Source: Alkanindiges illinoisensis DSM 15370 (lineage in GTDB: Bacteria; Pseudomonadota; Gammaproteobacteria; Pseudomonadales; Moraxellaceae). Taken from it: DNA of 32,000 nt. The notes under the pieces were generated by a model, which worked only from the letters and a program-made list of their open reading frames with translations, searched no databases and had not been told where the DNA came from. The position numbers and the translations under genes are program-made. Each line of letters begins with the position of its first letter. The stretch's first letter is position 1. Where the stretch lies: positions 325,190-357,189 of the forward strand of contig NZ_JHUX01000004.1 of NCBI RefSeq assembly GCF_000619845.1. Reading direction: 5' to 3'. Positions 8,508 through 16,335 of the stretch are shown here, in pieces.

Positions 8508-10871
8508 ATGAATTGGCAAGACCCTGATGCCGCACGCGAAGCTGAACGCTACGACTCCCCGATTCCCAGCCGCACCCTGATTCAAACTACGATTGAATCG
8601 CGCAAGGATGGCCTGACGCATGCAGAGCTGGTTGAAGAATACCAGCTAGACCAACCTGATGCCATTGAGGCATTAAGCCGCCGTCTGACCGCAATGGTGC
8701 GTGATGGACAATTGATTCGCTCGGCCGGTTATCCGCCACTTTATCGGGTGGCCACTGATGAAGACCTGCTGATTGGCCGTGTACAAACCAATGCCAAGGG
8801 TTTTGGCTTTGTGGTGCTGGAAGGCCAGATGGATATTTTCCTGCCAGAGCGTGAAATGCGACTGGTATTTAATGGCGATATTGTCAAGGTACGCCAGAAT
8901 GGTACTGATCGCCGTGGCCGTATGACTGGTTATATTGTCGAGGTGGTTGAACACCAGCAGCGTGAACTGATTGGTAAGGTAGTCGAACATGAGGGCGACT
9001 ACTTTGTGCAGCCTGCCCAGCCGAATGGTCACCAGCCCATTGCCCTGGAGCCGGAGCAAATTGCCAGTGCCGGGTTAAAGCCGGGTGATTCCACGCAGAT
9101 TGCCATTGATGAGTGGCCAACCCGTGAAGAATTTGCCAATGGTCATATTATTGCCAATCTGGCCGATAAAGCCGATAGCCAGCTCATTATTCCGGCAACC
9201 ATTCTGGATTTTGACCTGCCCTTTGAATTCAGTGATGAAGTTTTAGCTGAAACTGCAAAATTTAGTGAACCCGGCGCACGTGATCATAAGGATCGTGTTG
9301 ATTTACGGGATTTACCGCTGGTTACCATTGATGGCGAAGATGCGCGCGACTTTGATGATGCCGTGTATGCTGAAAAACGTCCCGGCGGTGGCTATCGGCT
9401 GGTCGTGGCGATTGCAGATGTCAGCCATTACGTCAAGATTGGGACGGCGCTGGATGATGAAGCACAGGATCGCGGTACATCGGTTTATTTTCCAAACCAT
9501 GTTATTCCGATGTTGCCTGAAGCACTTTCCAATGGTTTATGTTCATTAAAGCCAGAAGTTGACCGCCTGTGCATGGTCTGCGACATCAAGTTGTCACGAC
9601 AAGGTCGCGTCACTAGCTATGAGTTTTATCCGTCCGTCATGCATTCGCAGGCGCGCCTGACTTATAATCAGGTTGCATCATACTTAAATGGACAAACCGA
9701 TGCGGTGCCAGACAAGGCCGCAGTGCGCAAGTCACTGAATGTACTGTTTCAGCTGTTTCAAACCCTGCTTACCGTGCGTCAGGAACGGGGTGCCATGGAA
9801 TTTGAAACCATTGAAACTTACATGACTTTTGATGAGCTAGGTGCCATTCAGCAGATTCTGCCGCGTAGCCGCAATGATGCGCATCGCCTGATTGAAGAAT
9901 GCATGTTGCTGGCCAACGTTTGTGCCTCGGATTTTGCACTTAAAAATGACTTGCCGATCCTGTATCGCAACCATGAAGCCCCTGAAGCTACCCGTGTGCA
10001 AAAAGTACGGGATTATGTGCGCCTGCTAGGGTTTGATTTTCCTGAAAAACCAACCCAAAGCGACTATCAATACATCATTGAAAAAACCAAGGATCGCGTG
10101 GATGCCACCAGTATTCATGCCGTGCTGTTACGCTCCATGATGCAAGCCTATTATGGTCCTAAAAATTTGGGGCATTATGGCCTGGCCTATGATGCCTATA
10201 CGCACTTTACTTCGCCGATTCGCCGCTATCCGGATTTGCTGTTGCATCGTGCCATCAAGGCTTTTTTAAAGCAAAAGCCCAGTGAGCTGGAAGGTCAGGC
10301 TCTCTCAAATGCTGGTGAGCATTACTCGCAAACCGAGCGTCGTGCCGATGAAGCCTCACGCAGTGTGATGAGCTGGCTCAAGTGTCACTATATGGAACAA
10401 CATATTGGTGAAGAATTTGACGGCACCATTACCTCAGTGACCGACTTTGGTTTGTTTGTCACCCTCACTGAGCTATATGTTGACGGCATGCTGCACATTA
10501 GCCAGCTGGGTGATGACTATTTTGTTTATGATGCCATTAGCCAGAGTCTGGTTGGTCAGCAACATGGCCAGCGCTTTAATCTAGGTGATCAGGTGCGTAT
10601 TAAAGTCATGGCAGTGCATCTGGAAGAGCGCAAAATTGATTTTGGGCTGGTCAAACAGTTGACTGCTCAAGGTCGTGCCGTACGCCAGAAGGCGCCCCGT
10701 ACCCAAATTGCTGATGAGGTAACAACTTCTAGCACTAAAAAGAAACCCACAAGCAAGACGGCAAAGGGTGCCAAGCCGTCCAAGCTTGAGCCTGCTGAAA
10801 AGTCAAAGAAAACTAGAAAACCGCGGAAGAAACCCAAGAAATCCAACGCAAAACCTAAATCCAAAGAGTAA
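8508..10871 (+). CDS. rnr: Ribonuclease R (3'-5' exoribonuclease, RNB family) with a lysine-rich C-terminal tail
   Basis: 787 aa. The N-terminus is RNase R-like (REAERYDSPIPSR). RNB catalytic motifs are present (TIDGEDARDFDDAVY, HFTSPIRRYPDLLLHR). A C-terminal S1 domain (GEEFDGTITSVTDFGLFV) is followed by a K-rich tail. Confidence 0.95.
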   Translation: MNWQDPDAAREAERYDSPIPSRTLIQTTIESRKDGLTHAELVEEYQLDQPDAIEALSRRLTAMVRDGQLIRSAGYPPLYRVATDEDLLIGRVQTNAKGFGFVVLEGQMDIFLPEREMRLVFNGDIVKVRQNGTDRRGRMTGYIVEVVEHQQRELIGKVVEHEGDYFVQPAQPNGHQPIALEPEQIASAGLKPGDSTQIAIDEWPTREEFANGHIIANLADKADSQLIIPATILDFDLPFEFSDEVLAETAKFSEPGARDHKDRVDLRDLPLVTIDGEDARDFDDAVYAEKRPGGGYRLVVAIADVSHYVKIGTALDDEAQDRGTSVYFPNHVIPMLPEALSNGLCSLKPEVDRLCMVCDIKLSRQGRVTSYEFYPSVMHSQARLTYNQVASYLNGQTDAVPDKAAVRKSLNVLFQLFQTLLTVRQERGAMEFETIETYMTFDELGAIQQILPRSRNDAHRLIEECMLLANVCASDFALKNDLPILYRNHEAPEATRVQKVRDYVRLLGFDFPEKPTQSDYQYIIEKTKDRVDATSIHAVLLRSMMQAYYGPKNLGHYGLAYDAYTHFTSPIRRYPDLLLHRAIKAFLKQKPSELEGQALSNAGEHYSQTERRADEASRSVMSWLKCHYMEQHIGEEFDGTITSVTDFGLFVTLTELYVDGMLHISQLGDDYFVYDAISQSLVGQQHGQRFNLGDQVRIKVMAVHLEERKIDFGLVKQLTAQGRAVRQKAPRTQIADEVTTSSTKKKPTSKTAKGAKPSKLEPAEKSKKTRKPRKKPKKSNAKPKSKE

Positions 10872-10933
10872 GGGTTAAAGCCGCCATGTAATTTTAGATG
10901 GCGGCAACTTATCATTTAGTGAGTCGTTATCCC

Positions 10934-11635
10934 ATGCGCTTAAAATTTCGTGATTTATTTTTGGGGGTTTTACCTATTAGCCTAGGTCTCACTTTAAGTA
11001 GCTGTACTTCTCCTACCCAACCGGAACACCGTGTCATTGAACTGTAAGCTCAGGCATGGCATGAAGTGAATAATGATGAGGCCGTTGCCACTCTTTATAC
11101 ACAGCAACAGGCAGCCAATCCACAGCAACTCAATCAGCTGATTCAACAAAAATTAAATACCGGTTTTGCTATTGCCAAAAAATATCCAAGCGTAAAGATC
11201 AGTTCAGGTCAGCAAAATACCTCGCCCATTTATAATCAGAGGCAACGGATTACAGGATGGACGACTCATGCTGAAATCATTCTTAAAAGCACTGATTTAA
11301 AATCAGTCAGTGAGTTGCTGGGTATTTTGCAGGATCAACTCATGTTACAGTCCTTGCAATTTCAGGTTTCAACCCAACAGCGTAAGCAGGTTGAAAATCA
11401 ATTAATTACCGAAGTCTCTAAAACATTCCAGCAAAGAGCAACTATTGCTCAACAGGCTTGGCATTCATCTAACTATGAATTAGTCCGATTTAAAATTTTA
11501 AGTAATACGAAATCTACTCAACCCATTATCTATCAGTCCGCCATGGGTGACGCCGCCGCAACTGCTTCTGCGCCTATGCAGGCAGGACAAAGTCAAATTA
11601 TTGTTGAGGCAATTGGCAGCGTGCAACTGAATTAA
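10934..11635 (+). pseudogene. SIMPL/DUF541 (YggE-like) lipoprotein gene interrupted by an in-frame TAA
   Basis: ATG at 10934 opens MRLKFRDLFLGVLPISLGLTLSS-C (lipobox) ...EHRVIEL, then TAA at 11045-11047. The same frame continues AQAWHEVNNDEAVATLYTQ... into track ORF 11066..11635, which starts at GTG. The stop falls inside what reads as one continuous domain. Confidence 0.7.
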
Positions 11636-11637
11636 TC

Positions 11638-11666
11638 TTGAGTTAAATACGTATTAGTCGTATAAT
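11638..11666 (+). promoter_or_regulatory. Candidate sigma-70 promoter for rpoZ
   Basis: TTGAGT (11638-11643), a 17-nt spacer, then TATAAT (11661-11666). It lies about 45 nt upstream of the rpoZ ATG. Confidence 0.45.
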
Positions 11667-11712
11667 TTTCGGTCTTTCCAAATCCTTACCTTAATCGCAA
11701 GCGAGAACCATA

Positions 11713-11988
11713 ATGGCACGCGTAACTGTAGAAGACTGCCTGAGCGCAGTAGACAACCGTTTTGAACTGGTTCTGGTCGCTGCCAAACGTGCACGTCAAT
11801 TGGCACGTGGTATCAGTGAGCCAACCTTGCCTTGGGATAACGACAAGCCAACTGTTATGGCACTGCGTGAAATTGCTGAAGGTCATGTTAGCCGTGACAT
11901 CCTCAAGCAAAAAGATGACGCGCTACAACCTTCCAGCCTTGATCTGGCACTGGCTCCTGCCCTGAATCTGGACAACTTTAGCTTTTAA
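11713..11988 (+). CDS. rpoZ: DNA-directed RNA polymerase subunit omega
   Basis: [33 protein letters not shown] is the canonical RpoZ N-terminus. 91 aa. Confidence 0.95.
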   Translation: MARVTVEDCLSAVDNRFELVLVAAKRARQLARGISEPTLPWDNDKPTVMALREIAEGHVSRDILKQKDDALQPSSLDLALAPALNLDNFSF

Positions 11989-12054
11989 AGCAGCGTTTAC
12001 TTTTAGCTTCTGATGTTCAGTGTTAACGTCAAGTGTAACTGCCTGCTATCATTG

Positions 12055-12088
12055 AAAAAGCCTGATTTGTTTCAAGTCAGGCTTTTTT
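12055..12088 (+). terminator. Rho-independent terminator after rpoZ
   Basis: aaaAGCCTGAtttgtttcaagTCAGGCTTTTTT. Confidence 0.7.
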
Positions 12089-12209
12089 AATTTTTATGCT
12101 GTCCTTAGCATAAAAAGCCAAATAATCAATTGACAAGACCTGCGTTTTGCTTTTCATTAGAGGGTTAACGTAGAGCTTATTTGTCCAGGCCCTTATTGAT
12201 TTAGGAATC

Positions 12210-14339
12210 ATGCCTATGCAAGGCGACGTTATTCGTCATGCCCAGCAACAACTTGCCAACATCCTGGCAGCCTATTTAAATGCTGAACAAATTCAGCAGA
12301 TCATTGCTGCCTGCGATTTTGCCAACGATGCCCATAACGGTGTTATTCGCAAAAGTGGCGAACCCTATATTCTGCATCCCATCGCGGTGGCCTGTATTCT
12401 GGGTAACATGCATCTGGACGCCGACAGCCTTATGGCAGCGTTACTGCATGATGTCATTGAAGATACGCCAATTAGTAAAACAGAAATTGCCAACCTGTTT
12501 GGTGCCAAGGTTGCAGAACTGGTCGATGGTGTCACCAAGCTCACCATTTCCAAAGATAAGCAGGACAATAAGGCCGCATCATTTCGTAAAATCCTGTTAG
12601 CCACCCTTCATGATCCACGGGTCATTATTATCAAACTGGCTGATCGCCTGCATAATATGTCAACGCTGGATGCCTTGCGCCCGGAAAAACGCCAGCGGAT
12701 TGCACAGGAAACCTATGATATTTTTGTGCCCATGGCGCGGCTGGTGGGCATGAATGATATTGCCGACCAGCTTGAATTGCTGTGTTATGAAAACCTTGAT
12801 CCTGCCCTGTTTAACCGCATCCAGACCGCCTTACAAACCACCCGAACCCAGCGTAGTACTTACCAGAAAGTCTGGGCAGAACGCCTTGATAAAACCATTA
12901 AAACCCTTGGCCTTAACGGCATACTTGAAGAAAAAGACAATAATATTCAACTTTTCCAGCGATTTTTTAAAAATAAAACCGATTTAAATTCACTCATTCA
13001 TATTCATGCTTTTGACATTGTGCTGGAAACTGTTGCAGCCTGTGATCAACTCGCTGCTTACCTCAAGCAGCACTACCATGTGCTGAAACTGGCAGATCAT
13101 ATCCGCAACCCCCTGCCCGGCGGCAATCAGGCGCTGGAGCTGTCATTACGCGGTGAAGTCACCACACTGGATTTAATGCTACAAACACCCCGCATGCGCG
13201 AAGCTGCGCGCCTTGGCGTAGTGCTGGGTGAATCCGCACCACAGGCCAGCCGCTCGGCCATTCAGGCGTCCTTAACCAACCTGAGCGAATTGATTGATCG
13301 CGACTGTGCCAAAACCACCTTAAACTCGTTGCTGGATTACTTGCATCGCGAAAAAATTCTGGTGTCCACACCGGATGGCGATATTCATGAGCTGCCACGC
13401 GGGGCAACTGCGGTTGATTTTGCCTATGCTGCCAGCTTGTTTCTGGGTAACCATGCTATTGGTGCCAAGATTGATGGCATTATCAAGCCCTTAAGCACAC
13501 CGCTTAATAGTGGTGAAGTGGTTGAAATTATTACTGATGTGCTGGCAACCCCTAATCCAGAATGGCTAAGCTTCGTCAATACCCAAAAAGCCCGCCGTTC
13601 CATTCAAAATATCTTGCGCGATCAGGATATCGAAGAACAGCGTCTGGTCGGCCAGCAAGCCCTGAATCGCGCGCTTAAGCTCTATCATCATAGTCTGAAT
13701 GACCTGAGCACTCAGGATTGGGAAAACTTGCTGACCTGGCGTCATGTCCACAGCAAAGAGCAGCTATTTGAGCAAATTGCTATTGGTGACCTGCTGCCCC
13801 AACTGGTTGCTTCGCGCCTGTTTGCCGACCAGAACCAGCAAGCATTATTAGCGTCTGGTCAGCTCATTCGTGGCACTGAAGGCATCGACGTGCGCTATGC
13901 CAATTGCTGCACACCCATTCTGGATGATCCGATTCGTGGCCATCTCACCCGTCGCGGCTTAATTGTTCACCGGGCACGCTGTAGCAACCTGCTGCATGAA
14001 AACCAGCAGCACCCGGAAAATATTATTCCCTTGAACTGGCAAGAATGTGACGAGGCTGATGCACGTTTTCCGGCCTATCTGTGCATAGATGAAAAACTGG
14101 ATGATGAGCAAACGACCGAAATTATCTATAAAATCCGGCAATTTCAGGCTGGCCTTGAGCAAATGACCAGCGATGATGAAAAAACCTATCTATCTTTGAT
14201 TGTCCGTGATCGTGACCATCTGGCACACCTGATCCGTGAATTACGTATTTTACTGGACTTTCCTAGCCTGACCCGTTTAGATAGTGCCTTTAATATTCGC
14301 GAACGTGAATACTCAGCCAAACAAGATTCTTTAGCTTGA
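12210..14339 (+). CDS. spoT: SpoT-type long RSH protein; HD hydrolase domain intact, synthetase-domain motifs degenerate
   Basis: 709 aa, downstream of rpoZ. The HD domain is present (YILHPIAVACILGNMHLDADSLMAALLHDVIEDT ... LADRLHNMSTL). TGS-like (HELPRGATAVDFAYA) and C-terminal regions are present. The positions of the synthetase signature motifs are substituted; see findings. Confidence 0.85.
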   Translation: MPMQGDVIRHAQQQLANILAAYLNAEQIQQIIAACDFANDAHNGVIRKSGEPYILHPIAVACILGNMHLDADSLMAALLHDVIEDTPISKTEIANLFGAKVAELVDGVTKLTISKDKQDNKAASFRKILLATLHDPRVIIIKLADRLHNMSTLDALRPEKRQRIAQETYDIFVPMARLVGMNDIADQLELLCYENLDPALFNRIQTALQTTRTQRSTYQKVWAERLDKTIKTLGLNGILEEKDNNIQLFQRFFKNKTDLNSLIHIHAFDIVLETVAACDQLAAYLKQHYHVLKLADHIRNPLPGGNQALELSLRGEVTTLDLMLQTPRMREAARLGVVLGESAPQASRSAIQASLTNLSELIDRDCAKTTLNSLLDYLHREKILVSTPDGDIHELPRGATAVDFAYAASLFLGNHAIGAKIDGIIKPLSTPLNSGEVVEIITDVLATPNPEWLSFVNTQKARRSIQNILRDQDIEEQRLVGQQALNRALKLYHHSLNDLSTQDWENLLTWRHVHSKEQLFEQIAIGDLLPQLVASRLFADQNQQALLASGQLIRGTEGIDVRYANCCTPILDDPIRGHLTRRGLIVHRARCSNLLHENQQHPENIIPLNWQECDEADARFPAYLCIDEKLDDEQTTEIIYKIRQFQAGLEQMTSDDEKTYLSLIVRDRDHLAHLIRELRILLDFPSLTRLDSAFNIREREYSAKQDSLA

Positions 14340-14390
14340 CTCATGAATTGGTTATTATCCTGAAAAATTTATACATGATTGGAGTCTTTC

Positions 14391-14774
14391 ATGACACGCA
14401 CTGTCATTCATAGTGAACAAGCACCAGCTGCTATTGGAACTTACTCACAAGCCATCAAGATTGACAACGTGGTGTATTTGTCAGGCCAGATTGGTCTTGA
14501 TCCTTATAGCATGGAACTGGTAGAAGGTATTGAGGCCCAGATCCGTCGTGTATTTGATAACCTTAAAGCAGTGTGTGAAGCAGCCGGTGGTTCCCTGGCG
14601 GATATTGCCAAGCTCAACATCTTTTTAACTGACCTGGGTAATTTCCAGCTGGTTAACCAGATTATGGGTGAATACTTTACCCAGCCCTACCCTGCCCGCG
14701 CAGCCCTAGGGATTAATACACTGCCGCGCAATGCCTTGGTTGAAATGGATGGTATTCTGGTTATCAATCAATGA
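14391..14774 (+). CDS. ridA: RidA/YjgF/RutC-family reactive enamine/imine deaminase
   Basis: [38 protein letters not shown]...[23 protein letters not shown] placed the start at ATG 14391, which is preceded by GGAG at 14381-14384. The track start at 14379 is a TTG inside the RBS. Confidence 0.9.
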   Translation: MTRTVIHSEQAPAAIGTYSQAIKIDNVVYLSGQIGLDPYSMELVEGIEAQIRRVFDNLKAVCEAAGGSLADIAKLNIFLTDLGNFQLVNQIMGEYFTQPYPARAALGINTLPRNALVEMDGILVINQ

Positions 14775-14800
14775 TCCTTCACATCTTCTGCTAAATCATT

Positions 14801-14825
14801 AAGCCGCTTTGTGCGGCTTTTTTAT
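14801..14825 (+). terminator. Rho-independent terminator after ridA
   Basis: AAGCCGCtttgtGCGGCTTTTTTTATT. Confidence 0.75.
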
Positions 14826-14869
14826 TAACTATAATAATTTAATTTTTTTGTAAATAAGAATACGACAAC

Positions 14870-14899
14870 TTGACATTTGATAATAATTATCAATAATAT
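14870..14899 (+). promoter_or_regulatory. bfd promoter with an overlapping Fur box
   Basis: TTGACA lies at 14870-14875. GATAATAATTATCAATAAT at 14879-14897 matches the 19-bp Fur consensus GATAATGATAATCATTATC at 14/19 positions. A TAATAT -10 candidate lies at 14894-14899. Confidence 0.7.
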
Positions 14900-14941
14900 C
14901 TATTATCTTATTTGTACTTCCAACTACGGAAACAAAAGACC

Positions 14942-15136
14942 ATGTACGTTTGCCTATGCCGTGCTGTGACTGATCGCCAAATTCGGACTAGTGTTGAAAA
15001 TGGGGCATCCAGCTTCCGTGAAGTACGCGATGAGCTTGAAGTTGGCACCTGTTGTGGCCGCTGTGTGCCTGAAGCTCGTGAACTGATTGATCAAACCCTG
15101 TCTGAAATCGCTAGCCGTATTTCGGTCGCTGCCTGA
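14942..15136 (+). CDS. bfd: Bacterioferritin-associated ferredoxin ([2Fe-2S] BFD-like)
   Basis: MYVCLCRAVTDRQIR...VGTCCGRCVPEAREL carries the C-x-C...C-x-x-C cluster ligands. The start was moved to ATG 14942; the track start at 14912 adds 10 residues. Confidence 0.9.
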   Translation: MYVCLCRAVTDRQIRTSVENGASSFREVRDELEVGTCCGRCVPEARELIDQTLSEIASRISVAA

Positions 15137-15469
15137 TTTTAAAAGCTGCCTGACTCTAAAATAATTTTCTGTTTCTCCTCTCCCGCTCTCATGAAAGATC
15201 ATAATTCTGTAGCGGGATTTTTCTTTTTTAACCTGCAATTTTTATAATTTTAAAAAGCTTAGCTTTAATGTGATTGTCATTTTCATTTGCGGTTCCATAA
15301 ACTGCTCGAAAAATTCTGCTAATTTTTATAATCTATAAGCAATTTAAAAGACTAGCCAAACCATTTCTTGTTCTATCCTTAATACGTTTAACTAGGCCTT
15401 TGCTTTGTATTCAGCCCAACAAGAAACAGCGTTTTAGCTTTATCGATTCTTGTGCTTGAAGTGAATTGT

Positions 15470-15636
15470 CGCCTAGCGCTTAGAAAAGCAATGCCTCGTT
15501 TAATCTTCGGACGAAGCTCTTATCTTCTTGAGGAACATATTCCTCAGGGCGAAGCCTTAAAGCAGTGCTTTAAGTTCGCTTAATACTTTAACTTCGAGCA
15601 AAGCTCCTTGCAGAGCGGTGCTCTTCATACGCTCGG
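15470..15636. repeat. Cluster of short degenerate repeats and stacked hairpins in the long bfd-bfr spacer
   Basis: Four ...CG-N(2-5)-RAAGC units occur at 15477-15489, 15507-15517, 15542-15555 and 15594-15604. Hairpins lie at 15529-15546 (TGAGGAAcataTTCCTCA), 15549-15579 (GCGAAgcCTTAAAGCAgTGCTTTAAGTTCGC) and 15612-15624 (AGAGCggtGCTCT). Confidence 0.5.
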
Positions 15637-15657
15637 GCAATGATTATTAATCATTGC
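15637..15657. promoter_or_regulatory. Perfect 21-bp AT-rich palindrome just upstream of the bfr RBS (Fur-like or other operator candidate)
   Basis: GCAATGATTA-T-TAATCATTGC has 10-bp perfect arms. It ends 13 nt before AGGAGA (15671-15676). Confidence 0.4.
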
Positions 15658-15681
15658 TTAATCCTCGCTCAGGAGAAAGCC

Positions 15682-16146
15682 ATGAAAGGCGATCGTCAAG
15701 TTATCATTCATTTAAACAATGTGCTATATAATCAGCTTACGGCGATTAATCAGTACTTCCTTCATGCGCGTATGCTTAAAGACTGGGGGATTGAAAAGCT
15801 GGGCCAGCACATTTATAAAGAATCCATTCATCAAATGAAACATGCAGATAAAGTGATCGAACGCATTTTATTTTTAGAAGGCCTACCCAATTTACAGCAA
15901 CTGGGCAAATTGCATATTGGGGAAAATACCCAAGAAATTTTAGCGTGTGACTTGCGTATGGCCACTGATTCGCATGTTACCTTAAAAGCTGCTATTGCCT
16001 ATGCTGAGCAAGCGGCAGATTTCGTTACCCGTGACATGCTACGTGCAATTATGGCTGAGGAAGAAGAATATATTGACTGGACTGGCACCCAGCTTGCCTT
16101 GATTGAAAGTGTGACTTTGGAAAACTATATTCAATCTCAGCTCTAA
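15682..16146 (+). CDS. bfr: Bacterioferritin
   Basis: MKGDRQVIIHLNNVLYNQLTAINQYFLHARMLKDWG...ESIHQMKHADKVIERILFLEG is the canonical Bfr, including the heme-ligand Met region and ferroxidase residues. The start was moved to ATG 15682, after the AGGAGA RBS. Confidence 0.95.
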   Translation: MKGDRQVIIHLNNVLYNQLTAINQYFLHARMLKDWGIEKLGQHIYKESIHQMKHADKVIERILFLEGLPNLQQLGKLHIGENTQEILACDLRMATDSHVTLKAAIAYAEQAADFVTRDMLRAIMAEEEEYIDWTGTQLALIESVTLENYIQSQL

Positions 16147-16172
16147 GCATAAGTTTGAAGTGATAAAAAAGG

Positions 16173-16199
16173 TAAAAAAAAGCCCGCGGGGGGCGGGCT
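16173..16199 (-). terminator. GC-rich hairpin terminator whose T-run is on the minus strand
   Basis: The plus strand reads aaaaaaaaAGCCCGCgggggGCGGGCTgaag. Read on the minus strand the stem is followed by TTTTTTTT; on the plus strand it is followed by GAAGGGGG. Confidence 0.6.
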
Positions 16200-16335
16200 G
16201 AAGGGGGTCTTACTGTCTTGGGGACAGTATTAATAGTAGAGAAAATCTATGTATTTGTCTGTTAGACGAATGTAGAAAGGGTGTAACGAGAGGTAATTCT
16301 TTAACGTTTACTTGGCTCATTCTAAAACTTATTAT

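Noticed and set aside
10690-10871. Lys-rich low-complexity end of the rnr ORF as a possible separate gene or fusion
   Set aside because: A basic C-terminal tail is a normal feature of RNase R, and the frame is continuous.
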